The notes under the pieces were generated by a model that searched no databases, was not told where the DNA came from, and saw nothing but the letters and a program-made list of their open reading frames with translations. DNA of 64,000 bases, taken from the IMG/VR virus record IMGVR_UViG_3300034093_003283; one strand, given 5' to 3'. Shown here in pieces: positions 20,652 to 27,975 of the stretch. Source of the DNA: a virus. Made by a program: the position numbers and the translations under genes. The first letter of the stretch is position 1. Each line of letters begins with the position of its first letter.

Positions 20652-21328
20652 TGAAATTATCGAATGAGACCTTAACGGTTCTTAAAAACTTTGCCAACAT
20701 TAATCCTGGCATTGAGTTTAAGACTGGTAAGAAATTGACAACCATTTCTGCAACCAAGACTGTCTTGGCAAAAGCCGGAATTAAAGATGACTTTCCACAA
20801 GACTTTTGTATCTATGATTTGAACCAATTTTTGTCGGTTCAATCCTTGTACAAAGACGGTGAAATTGATTTCGATAACGAACATGTTATCTTCAAGGTTG
20901 GTCGTAAGAAACTAAACTATCGCAAGACTGCAAAGAGCATGATTGTAACTCCACCAGATAAAGATTTAACTCTTCCTTCTATAGATGTTTCTTTCACACT
21001 AAAAGAAGATGAATTGGCTTCTGTTCTTAAAACTGCAAGCATTCTACAATCACCAAATATTGCCATCACATCTGATGGTGAAAAGATTTACATTACAACT
21101 TGTGATTCGAAAGACAATTCTGCACATACCGATTCAACAGAAATTGCTGATGGTAATGGCAAAAAGTTTAAGGCATTATTCTTAACTGAAAACTTTAAGA
21201 TGATCGCCGGTACCTATGAGGTACAAATTTCTTCAAAAGGATTATCCTATTTTAGAAATTCAAAAGAAGATATGCAATACTGGATTGCTATCGAAGCTAA
21301 AGAATCTGATCTAACTTTTGGAGAATAA
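20651..21328 (+). CDS. gp45: Sliding clamp
   Basis: MKLSNETLTVLKNFANIN, IYDLNQFL. Confidence 0.94.
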   Translation: MKLSNETLTVLKNFANINPGIEFKTGKKLTTISATKTVLAKAGIKDDFPQDFCIYDLNQFLSVQSLYKDGEIDFDNEHVIFKVGRKKLNYRKTAKSMIVTPPDKDLTLPSIDVSFTLKEDELASVLKTASILQSPNIAITSDGEKIYITTCDSKDNSAHTDSTEIADGNGKKFKALFLTENFKMIAGTYEVQISSKGLSYFRNSKEDMQYWIAIEAKESDLTFGE

Positions 21329-21329
21329 T

Positions 21330-21512
21330 ATGATTTGGATTACAGAATCAGCAAGCGGCAACAAGATTGCCGTTAATCCCACATACATTGTGGCCGTGTT
21401 CACCATTTCCGAAGGTGACCAAAAAGGTAAAACAGCAATCAATTTAACCAATGGTAATGTTGTTGTTGATGAATCTGATTATGATGTTATCGGAATGATT
21501 GTTGCAAAATGA
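21330..21512 (+). CDS. Hypothetical protein
   Basis: Short ORF with GGAG RBS. Confidence 0.55.
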   Translation: MIWITESASGNKIAVNPTYIVAVFTISEGDQKGKTAINLTNGNVVVDESDYDVIGMIVAK

Positions 21513-21784
21513 CTAAAGTTAATACACTATTCGGTTCCTTTGATGATGAAGCATTGAAGAAACTCAAAGGTTATGTGGATGAAGCAGTTCACCACATGCA
21601 CAAGAACGATTCAAACAGTGCTGCAATCAAAGACATTATTGACCTTGCATATGATGAGTTGAAGATTCCTAAAAAGATTCTTAAACGCATGGCAAAAACA
21701 CAACACAAGAATTCATTCCAAACTGAGGTTGCGGAATCTAAAGAATTTGAAGCACTATACGAAAGTATGGTTGAGGTGAAGTAA
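21509..21784 (+). CDS. dsbA: Double-stranded DNA-binding protein (T4 DsbA-like)
   Basis: IKDI..A.DEL.I..K...R...HK...AE..E...LY pattern. Confidence 0.7.
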   Translation: MTKVNTLFGSFDDEALKKLKGYVDEAVHHMHKNDSNSAAIKDIIDLAYDELKIPKKILKRMAKTQHKNSFQTEVAESKEFEALYESMVEVK

Positions 21785-22122
21785 TGCAACAGTTGGAGAT
21801 TCAATTCTTTTATCCATTGACGGATCAAAAGACATTGGATTTGGATTTTACTCCAAGTGAACAATGGAATGTTGAACACCGAAAGAAATTGAATATTACT
21901 TATGGTGGCAATTTTTTGATTGGTAGTGGTGGCACTGGTCTTACTATATCATCGTCATCACCAACGGCAGGTTCTTTTGTTATAAGACCACCTTCTGTGA
22001 AAAATGTTGGTAAGTGGGAAATCACAGATTCTGTGTTTGTGTATAGACCCACTAAGCCAAATGCAGTCGTAAGATTTTTTGCCAAGTTACTGCTTGGCTT
22101 TAAATGGCATGACGAAATTTAA
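21784..22122 (+). CDS. Hypothetical protein
   Basis: 112 aa ORF, TAATG coupling. Confidence 0.55.
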   Translation: MQQLEIQFFYPLTDQKTLDLDFTPSEQWNVEHRKKLNITYGGNFLIGSGGTGLTISSSSPTAGSFVIRPPSVKNVGKWEITDSVFVYRPTKPNAVVRFFAKLLLGFKWHDEI

Positions 22123-22142
22123 TTATATTATGGAGAATTTGA

Positions 22143-23078
22143 ATGTCGCAACACATTTTGTGGGTGGAGAAGTATCGTCCTAAAACCATTGAAGATTGTA
22201 TTCTTCCTGATGGTATCAAGTCAACATTTCAGGAGTATGTAAACCGTAAAGAGATTCCCAATCTCTTGTTGGCGGGTTCTGCTGGTGTCGGTAAAACTAC
22301 AATTGCAAAGGCTCTCTGTGAAGAAGTCGGTTGTGATTATATTATGATTAACGGTTCAGATGAATCGGGTATCGATGTTCTACGGAACAAAATCAAAAAC
22401 TACGCATCATCCATGTCCTTGTCAGGCGGCCGCAAGGTTGTCATCATTGACGAAGCGGACTATCTAAATCCAAATTCAACTCAACCTGCCATGCGTGGTG
22501 CGATTGAGGAGTTTGCATCCAACTGTTCTTTCATCTTCACATGTAACTTTAAGAACAGAATCATTGATCCAATCCATTCTCGTTGTACTGTTGTTGACTT
22601 CAAAATCAATGGCAGTAAACAAAAGATGGCTGCGGCTTTCTTTAAACGTGCTGAGTGGATTCTGGAACAAGAAGGTATAACCTACGACAAAGCCGTGGTC
22701 GCTGCCGTTATCACCAAACACTTTCCTGACAACCGCCGTGTTCTTAATGAATTGCAGCGTTACAGTGTTAGTGGTACAATCGACAAAGGCATTCTTGCAT
22801 CGGTTTCTGATGTGCAGATGAATGAGCTGGTGTCTTCTATTATGAACAAGGACTTTGCTTCTTGTCGAAAATGGGTTACAAACAACCTCGACAATGACGT
22901 TACCAGAATATTTAGAAACATCTATGATTCATTGTATGACAAATTAAAACCAAACTCTGTACCACAAATGGTTCTGATATTGGCCAAGTATCAATATCAA
23001 TCGGCCTTTGTTGCAGACCATGAAATCAATTTGATTGCTTGTTTGACGGAACTTATGGTTGAATGTGAATTCAAATGA
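22143..23078 (+). CDS. gp44: Clamp loader large subunit
   Basis: LWVEKYRP, GSAGVGKTT, DEAD, SRC. Confidence 0.96.
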   Translation: MSQHILWVEKYRPKTIEDCILPDGIKSTFQEYVNRKEIPNLLLAGSAGVGKTTIAKALCEEVGCDYIMINGSDESGIDVLRNKIKNYASSMSLSGGRKVVIIDEADYLNPNSTQPAMRGAIEEFASNCSFIFTCNFKNRIIDPIHSRCTVVDFKINGSKQKMAAAFFKRAEWILEQEGITYDKAVVAAVITKHFPDNRRVLNELQRYSVSGTIDKGILASVSDVQMNELVSSIMNKDFASCRKWVTNNLDNDVTRIFRNIYDSLYDKLKPNSVPQMVLILAKYQYQSAFVADHEINLIACLTELMVECEFK

Positions 23079-23464
23079 GTCCGTTCGACTATGCTGATTT
23101 CATCCTAAGAAAAAAGACACCAGAAGGTGACTTAGATTTCAAGGATTATGCTCCATTTCTAATCAACAGGTCTTTATCTAATCACCTGGATTGCGTGTTG
23201 TTTGTTAACGAAATCAACATGTGGCCTGGTCTGGACAAGGACATGCAATACCAGTATCTTCTAAATAGTATCAGGCCCATGAAACGGAAGTTTGTTCCGT
23301 GGCAAAAAGCCGATTCTGATAGGAATATTGAGTGTGTGAAAATCTATTTTGGTTATTCAAACGCCAAGGCTAAAGAAGCCCTTCGTATTCTTACTGATGA
23401 ACAAATCGCTGATATAAAAACAAAAATAGATACAGGCGGAGTGAAGAATAATGATAGACATTAA
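23075..23464 (+). CDS. gp62: Clamp loader small subunit
   Basis: YAPFLINRSLS, YFGYSNAKAKEAL. Confidence 0.9.
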   Translation: MSPFDYADFILRKKTPEGDLDFKDYAPFLINRSLSNHLDCVLFVNEINMWPGLDKDMQYQYLLNSIRPMKRKFVPWQKADSDRNIECVKIYFGYSNAKAKEALRILTDEQIADIKTKIDTGGVKNNDRH

Positions 23465-23858
23465 AGACCTAGTTGAAGTGACATTGGATGAAAAAGATGA
23501 TTTTTTAAAAGTTCGTGAAACACTGACACGGATCGGTGTTGCGTCCAAGAAGGACAAGACACTATATCAATCTTGCCACATACTCCACAAACGTGGTCAA
23601 TACTATGTGGTACATTTCAAAGAGTTGTTTGCCCTAGATGGTAAACCAACCGACATTACCGAAAATGATCTATCACGTAGGAATGCTATTGCAAACCTAT
23701 TGGAAGATTGGGGTCTAGTAAAGATTGTCAACAAGAAACAGACCGAGGTACCTGCACCTATCTTTCTTTCACAGGTAAAGATTCTTTCTCATAAAGAGAA
23801 GAATGAGTGGCAATTAACTCCAAAGTACAATATTGGTAAAAAACCACAACCAGCTTGA
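23451..23858 (+). CDS. regA: Translational repressor RegA
   Basis: FLKVRETLTRIG, LYQSCHILHKRGQYY. Confidence 0.96.
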   Translation: MIDIKDLVEVTLDEKDDFLKVRETLTRIGVASKKDKTLYQSCHILHKRGQYYVVHFKELFALDGKPTDITENDLSRRNAIANLLEDWGLVKIVNKKQTEVPAPIFLSQVKILSHKEKNEWQLTPKYNIGKKPQPA

Positions 23859-23883
23859 CAACCTGTATAAATAATACTATAAT
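23855..23883 (+). promoter_or_regulatory. Sigma70 promoter with nested late promoter
   Basis: TTGACA-17-TATAAT with TATAAATA at 23866 in the spacer. Confidence 0.8.
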
Positions 23884-23888
23884 AATGG

Positions 23889-23945
23889 TGCCGTGCTCTT
23901 TGAGGCGGCAATTTTTTAATCTTGCTTTTTAAGGAGAAAACTATG
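23889..23945 (+). promoter_or_regulatory. ROSE-like RNA thermometer in hsp20 5' UTR
   Basis: TCTTGCTT pairs with SD AAGGAGA with bulged G; upstream GC hairpin. Confidence 0.65.
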
Positions 23946-24383
23946 ACAGGATTACTGTTTCCAAAATTCGACCAACTGTACCCAAACATGATTGGTCTAG
24001 ACCAGATTACCGATATGTTGCAAGCTGCAACCAAAGATATTGCGAAATCTGTACCAACTTATCCCCCATACAATATCAAACAAATCAAAGACAACAAGTT
24101 CGTCATCGAAATGGCTGTTGCTGGATTTGGAAAATCTGATATTGAAATTACCATGGAAGGTAATAAGTTGGCCATCAAAGGTGCCTCTAAAGAGGATGAT
24201 AACCAGGACTATCTCTACAAAGGTATTGCCAACCGTGCATTTGAACGCACCTTCACATTGAAGGATACGATTGAAATTAAAAATGCTGAATTGGTTAATG
24301 GTATGCTTAAGGTGTGGTTGGAAAATATGGTGAAGGCTCAAGACGCCATCAAGAAAATTTCCATTCAAACAAAGGAAGACTAA
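23943..24383 (+). CDS. hsp20: Small heat shock protein (Hsp20/IbpA family)
   Basis: YPPYNI, IEMAVAGF, YKGIANRAF, NGML. Confidence 0.95.
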   Translation: MTGLLFPKFDQLYPNMIGLDQITDMLQAATKDIAKSVPTYPPYNIKQIKDNKFVIEMAVAGFGKSDIEITMEGNKLAIKGASKEDDNQDYLYKGIANRAFERTFTLKDTIEIKNAELVNGMLKVWLENMVKAQDAIKKISIQTKED

Positions 24384-24469
24384 TGTTTAAAAAACTATTT
24401 TCAAGTATATTGGAAGCCATAGAGGCTATCAAGAAACACAGGTCAGACCGTACCTTAAAAGGTAGATAA
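24383..24469 (+). CDS. 28-aa peptide coupled to hsp20 (not in ORF track)
   Basis: TAATG overlap; MFKKLFSSILEAIEAIKKHRSDRTLKGR; ends just before terminator. Confidence 0.5.
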   Translation: MFKKLFSSILEAIEAIKKHRSDRTLKGR

Positions 24470-24473
24470 CCAT

Positions 24474-24510
24474 AAGGGGTCTTGACAGACCCCTTTTTTT
24501 GTTGTATAAT
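24474..24510 (+). terminator. Terminator fused to a sigma70 promoter
   Basis: AAGGGGTC-TTGACA-GACCCCTTTTTTT; TTGACA-17-TATAAT(24505). Confidence 0.85.
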
Positions 24511-24519
24511 GGTGTCATT

Positions 24520-24714
24520 ATGAAAACTGTTAAAACTTCCATTCGCAAATTACGCAACCGCTTGAACCCAAGTGAAATCTATTTTACTCAATCTGATTGG
24601 GATCCCAAAGAGATTGATGGTGTACTATTTCTGCCTGTGGCGGAACAGATACCTATTCCTAGAGGCCGCATGTTAAAATGGATGCGTAAAGATTCTTTAG
24701 AATATGTTAAATAA
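24520..24714 (+). CDS. Hypothetical protein
   Basis: ORF directly after promoter. Confidence 0.5.
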   Translation: MKTVKTSIRKLRNRLNPSEIYFTQSDWDPKEIDGVLFLPVAEQIPIPRGRMLKWMRKDSLEYVK

Positions 24715-24715
24715 C

Positions 24716-24790
24716 GCCCATATAGCTTAATGGTAAAGCAGGGAACTCATAATTCCTTGAGTGGGGGTTCAATTCCCTCTGTGGGCACCA
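24716..24790 (+). tRNA. tRNA with CAT anticodon (Ile2 or Met)
   Basis: Cloverleaf, loop CTCATAA, CCA end. Confidence 0.88.
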
Positions 24791-24804
24791 ATTGAAAGTG
24801 ATAT

Positions 24805-25323
24805 GTGAAACAAAAATTTCGTGATGCTTATATGAAGGTGGCAGAGACTTTTGCAGAACTGTCTTCCGCCAGACGCCTTCATGTTGGCGCAATTATAGTG
24901 AAAGATGATAGAATTATATCTATTGGATACAATGGTATGCCATCTGGTTGGGATAACAACTGTGAAGATAAAGAATACATGGACCAAACGGCGGGTGGTT
25001 GGTTGTCACCTGAAGAAATTGAAGAACAGTGGCCATGGAGTGAACAACAGTTACCAAAAACTGAAGACCTTCCATGGCTTCGTTATAAGTTAAAAACAAA
25101 ACCGGAGGTTCTTCATGCAGAAACTAATGCAATCGCTAAGCTGGCAAGATCGAATGAATCTGGCCTTGGGGCTCATCTCTTTGTTACTCATGCACCTTGT
25201 TTGGACTGTGCCAAGCTTGTTTACCAATCTGGTATCAATAGTGTTTATTATCGCAATAGTTATCGTATCCAAGATGGCTTACAATTCTTGGATAAAGCAG
25301 GAGTGAAAGTGGAAAAGATGTGA
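24805..25323 (+). CDS. cd: dCMP deaminase
   Basis: HAETNAI, PCLDC, GYNG. Confidence 0.92.
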   Translation: MKQKFRDAYMKVAETFAELSSARRLHVGAIIVKDDRIISIGYNGMPSGWDNNCEDKEYMDQTAGGWLSPEEIEEQWPWSEQQLPKTEDLPWLRYKLKTKPEVLHAETNAIAKLARSNESGLGAHLFVTHAPCLDCAKLVYQSGINSVYYRNSYRIQDGLQFLDKAGVKVEKM

Positions 25324-25366
25324 ATCTCTAAATAAGCCTGGGACATTATTGTCCAAAGGAGTTCCC

Positions 25367-25879
25367 ATGCGTGTTAGGGTAGTGAATTGTCCAGACAAAG
25401 ACTTCAAGCCTTTTGTAGAAAGAGCTGCCCAATTCTACGCCAAAGAACTTGTGCCTAACACCAGAATACGAAACAACTGTTTTACTGAAATTAAATTTGA
25501 TGAATCCATACAAGAATATGGGTTTGCAAGTGTTAAAGAATACAATACAAGAAACAAACCAAGACAATTTTTGATAGAGATTCATCCAGGCATTGGGTCC
25601 AGAAGAATACTAGAAACACTGGCCCATGAAATGGTTCATGTCAAACAGTACATTCAAAATGAAACCAACGACCAGCTGACCAAGTGGCGGGGTAAAAGGA
25701 TCAATTCTGACAAAGTGGACTATTGGGTGCAACCATGGGAAATAGATGCATATGGCCGTGAGACTGGACTACTAACAAAGTTTGCAATTTCAGAACATCT
25801 CTGGGAAATATTTGAAGATTTTGTTAACCCTGGAGAACCAATAGTTAAACAATCAATCCGTTGGAAAATAAAATCTTAA
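25367..25879 (+). CDS. Zinc metallopeptidase-like protein
   Basis: AHEMVHVKQY (HExxH), PWEIDAY. Confidence 0.7.
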   Translation: MRVRVVNCPDKDFKPFVERAAQFYAKELVPNTRIRNNCFTEIKFDESIQEYGFASVKEYNTRNKPRQFLIEIHPGIGSRRILETLAHEMVHVKQYIQNETNDQLTKWRGKRINSDKVDYWVQPWEIDAYGRETGLLTKFAISEHLWEIFEDFVNPGEPIVKQSIRWKIKS

Positions 25880-25899
25880 AAATATTTTTAAAAAACCGC

Positions 25900-25928
25900 T
25901 TGCCAAGGCTCAAAGTTTACTATATAAT
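25900..25928 (+). promoter_or_regulatory. Sigma70 promoter of tRNA-array leader
   Basis: TTGCCA-17-TATAAT with AT-rich upstream tract. Confidence 0.8.
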
Positions 25929-25960
25929 ACAAACATATTTAATTTTTTAGAAAGAAAAAA

Positions 25961-26080
25961 GTGTCTCTCATATCCCATAAGCCCTTTACGTTACAACTAG
26001 AGTATCGCACAATGAATTGCGCCGATAGCTCATGGGCGATTACAACCGGGTTTTGTGTAGATGAGGGATGGGACGGATAA
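25961..26080 (+). CDS. Putative leader peptide containing all 20 amino acids
   Basis: GTG..TAA, 39 codons: MSLISHKPFTLQLEYRTMNCADSSWAITTGFCVDEGWDG; 33 distinct codons. Confidence 0.65.
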   Translation: MSLISHKPFTLQLEYRTMNCADSSWAITTGFCVDEGWDG

Positions 26081-26100
26081 AAAAGTTCTAAAAAAGACTC

Positions 26101-26145
26101 CAAACACAAGACCCTAGACCTAAAAAATCTAGGGTTTTTTGTTTG
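26101..26145 (+). terminator. Terminator (attenuator 3:4 helix)
   Basis: GACCCTAGA-9 nt-TCTAGGGTT plus T run; 5' arm also complementary to 26048-26058. Confidence 0.8.
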
Positions 26146-26227
26146 TTGTTTCAATACAACACAGTGGTTGCCAGAATCTTTGGTTCTGATACAATACACA
26201 CTTGTTCTTTAAAAATTTGTTGTAGTT
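26144..26227 (+). promoter_or_regulatory. Palindrome + promoter + boxA-like unit 1
   Basis: TGTTGT-N6-ACAACA; TTGCCA-16-TACAAT; GTTCTTTAAAAATT. Confidence 0.7.
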
Positions 26228-26230
26228 TAT

Positions 26231-26304
26231 TCCCGAATGGTGTAGTGGCAGCACAGCAGACTTTGACTCTGTTAGTATAAGTTCGATTCTTATTTCGGGT
26301 GCCA
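26231..26304 (+). tRNA. tRNA-Gln(TTG)
   Basis: Cloverleaf, CCA. Confidence 0.9.
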
Positions 26305-26396
26305 TATTCAAACACATTATAGTGACGCATGAGCAGGTCACCAACTTCCGCTGGTTACGACAATCGTAAGTGAGTGAAGATAGTGTGTTTCAATAT
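26304..26396 (+). ncRNA. Structured inter-tRNA element A
   Basis: 16/17-bp closing stem, internal hairpins. Confidence 0.5.
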
Positions 26397-26489
26397 GGAA
26401 GATAATGCAGGTGGGATGGTCCGCCGACTAGCCTTGAAAACTAGGTTCTCTCAAAAAGGGATGGGGTTCGACTCCTCTGTCTTCCGCCA
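26397..26489 (+). tRNA. tRNA-Ser(TGA), 8/4-type fold
   Basis: 8-bp acceptor, 4-bp T stem, long variable arm, G73. Confidence 0.85.
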
Positions 26490-26497
26490 AATTTTAA

Positions 26498-26571
26498 CTG
26501 GGTATATGATAGTGGCAGTCGCCGAGGTTTGGAACCTTGTAGTGCAAGTTCGATTCTTGCTACCCAGACCA
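26498..26571 (+). tRNA. tRNA-Pro(TGG)
   Basis: Cloverleaf, CCA. Confidence 0.85.
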
Positions 26572-26576
26572 AAAAC

Positions 26577-26666
26577 GGAGAGTGGGCAGGATGGTAATGC
26601 AGCGGATTGCTAATCCGTAGGCTCATGAAAGTGGGCCACAGGGTTCGACTCCCTGACTCTCCACCA
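26577..26666 (+). tRNA. tRNA-Ser(GCT)
   Basis: Long variable arm, CCA; discriminator A. Confidence 0.9.
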
Positions 26667-26668
26667 AT

Positions 26669-26760
26669 GCCAGCGAGACTTGGTAGTCAGAGAGGTCTTA
26701 TACACCTTTTAGCGCCAGATTAGCGTTCTTGATAGGGTTCGATTCCCTACGCTGGTACCA
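26669..26760 (+). tRNA. tRNA with TAT anticodon (Ile), atypical
   Basis: Loop CTTATAC, 4-nt D loop, long variable arm, CCA. Confidence 0.75.
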
Positions 26761-26768
26761 GATTTTAT

Positions 26769-26844
26769 GTTGGTGTGACCCGAATGGCTAGGGAGCAGAT
26801 TGCAAATCTGTTATATGCAGGTTCAAATCCTGTCACCAACTCCA
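26769..26844 (+). tRNA. tRNA-Cys(GCA)
   Basis: Cloverleaf, U73, CCA. Confidence 0.9.
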
Positions 26845-26848
26845 AACA

Positions 26849-26954
26849 TGTTGTAGAAATACAACAGTGCTGGTTGACAAAAGATGTGGTTGTGTTATAC
26901 TTCATACATGAATTGAGAAATCAATCAAACGTTCTTTAAAAATTTGTTGTAGTT
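26849..26954 (+). promoter_or_regulatory. Palindrome + promoter + boxA-like unit 2
   Basis: TGTTGT-N6-ACAACA; TTGACA-16-TATACT; same 24-nt boxA-containing repeat. Confidence 0.75.
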
Positions 26955-26958
26955 AATT

Positions 26959-27033
26959 GCACCTATCGTCTATCGGTTAGGACGCTGCCCTTTCAAGGCG
27001 GAAAGAGGAGTTCGATTCTCCTTAGGTGTACCA
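26959..27033 (+). tRNA. tRNA-Glu(TTC)
   Basis: Cloverleaf, CCA. Confidence 0.9.
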
Positions 27034-27155
27034 TTTGTTTTGCTGATGTAAGCCATGAGGTAAACGTCAACCTTGAGTAACTCTGTATAGAAACGGTAAT
27101 TGCTGCAGCTAATTCCGTTGAGCATAGCAAATAGTGCGTCAGCAAAACAAATGGT
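27030..27155 (+). ncRNA. Structured inter-tRNA element C
   Basis: About 21-bp terminal inverted repeat enclosing about 85 nt. Confidence 0.5.
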
Positions 27156-27162
27156 AGTTTAT

Positions 27163-27237
27163 GGAGGTATAACTTAACGGCGAAAGTAGCTGGCTTTTAA
27201 CCAGTAAATCAGAGTTCGATTCTCTGTGCCTCTACCA
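27163..27237 (+). tRNA. tRNA-Lys(TTT)
   Basis: Cloverleaf, CCA. Confidence 0.9.
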
Positions 27238-27315
27238 TATAAAAACACATTTCAATAGTTTCGACTGTGATGGATAGTTTCTGTTTAGTACAGTATCCGA
27301 AGTGTGTTTCTATAT
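27237..27315 (+). ncRNA. Structured inter-tRNA element B
   Basis: Closing stem nearly identical to element A. Confidence 0.5.
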
Positions 27316-27408
27316 GGAGCAATTGATGCTATGGCGTGTGCATCGGCGGACTGTAAATCCGTCCCCTCCGGGTAAACAATCTTGGTTCGACTCCAAGTTG
27401 CTCCACCA
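27316..27408 (+). tRNA. tRNA-Tyr(GTA)
   Basis: Long variable arm, CCA. Confidence 0.88.
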
Positions 27409-27410
27409 AA

Positions 27411-27596
27411 TCCCGGTACTACTTCCGTTAAAGTAGCGTTTGATTAGCGATAGAGATCCGGTGGCAGAAGACCGTTAGCGGAGTAATCCTGAATCTGATA
27501 GGCAGAATCTCACTGCACACAGACTCCGAATAAATGAGATGGACAGAGTAACTGCTCAATTAAGGGCTGGCGTGGAACCCAGTAGCTTATACTAAT
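27411..27596 (+). ncRNA. Putative multi-hairpin ncRNA
   Basis: Non-coding spacer with several short helices. Confidence 0.45.
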
Positions 27597-27598
27597 TT

Positions 27599-27673
27599 GG
27601 TCTCAAAGTGTTCATGGACGCACGTATGCCTGTCACGCATAAAGAAGGGGATCGTTACCCCTTGGGACCGCCA
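27599..27673 (+). tRNA. tRNA-Asp(GTC)
   Basis: Cloverleaf; variant T loop ATCGTTA. Confidence 0.87.
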
Positions 27674-27681
27674 AGTTTTAT

Positions 27682-27757
27682 TCCGCAGTAGCTCAGTCGG
27701 TAGAGTAGATGACTGTTAATCATTTGGTCGGTGGTTCGAGCCCACCCTGTGGAGCCA
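27682..27757 (+). tRNA. tRNA-Asn(GTT)
   Basis: Canonical cloverleaf. Confidence 0.93.
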
Positions 27758-27765
27758 ATTTTTTC

Positions 27766-27842
27766 CCGTGTGTAGCTCAGCTAGGTAGAGCTCTTGGTTT
27801 GGGACCAAGTGGTCGCATGTTCGAATCGTGTCACACGGACCA
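27766..27842 (+). tRNA. tRNA-Pro(TGG), second unrelated copy
   Basis: Canonical cloverleaf. Confidence 0.9.
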
Positions 27843-27895
27843 ATTTCGCCTTTGTTGACGGCGTATAATAGGATAAGTTGTCAACAACAAATTTT

Positions 27896-27970
27896 GGGCT
27901 GGTAGTGATAATGGGAGCACAGGGGCTTTGCAAGCCTTTAGTCGGGGTTCGATCCCCCGCCGGTCCACCA
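27896..27970 (+). tRNA. tRNA-Ala(TGC)
   Basis: G3:U70 pair, CCA. Confidence 0.92.
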
Positions 27971-27975
27971 AATTC

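Noticed and set aside
26397-26489. Selenocysteine or opal suppressor tRNA
   Set aside because: Ends resemble SelC but the anticodon is TGA (reads UCA, Ser), not TCA.
27030-27155. Hammerhead ribozyme
   Set aside because: CTGATG is followed by T rather than A and lies inside the long stem; the core cannot be assembled.
27853-27886. Promoter (TTGACG...TATAAT)
   Set aside because: Boxes are only 3 nt apart; the region is a simple 10-bp hairpin spacer.
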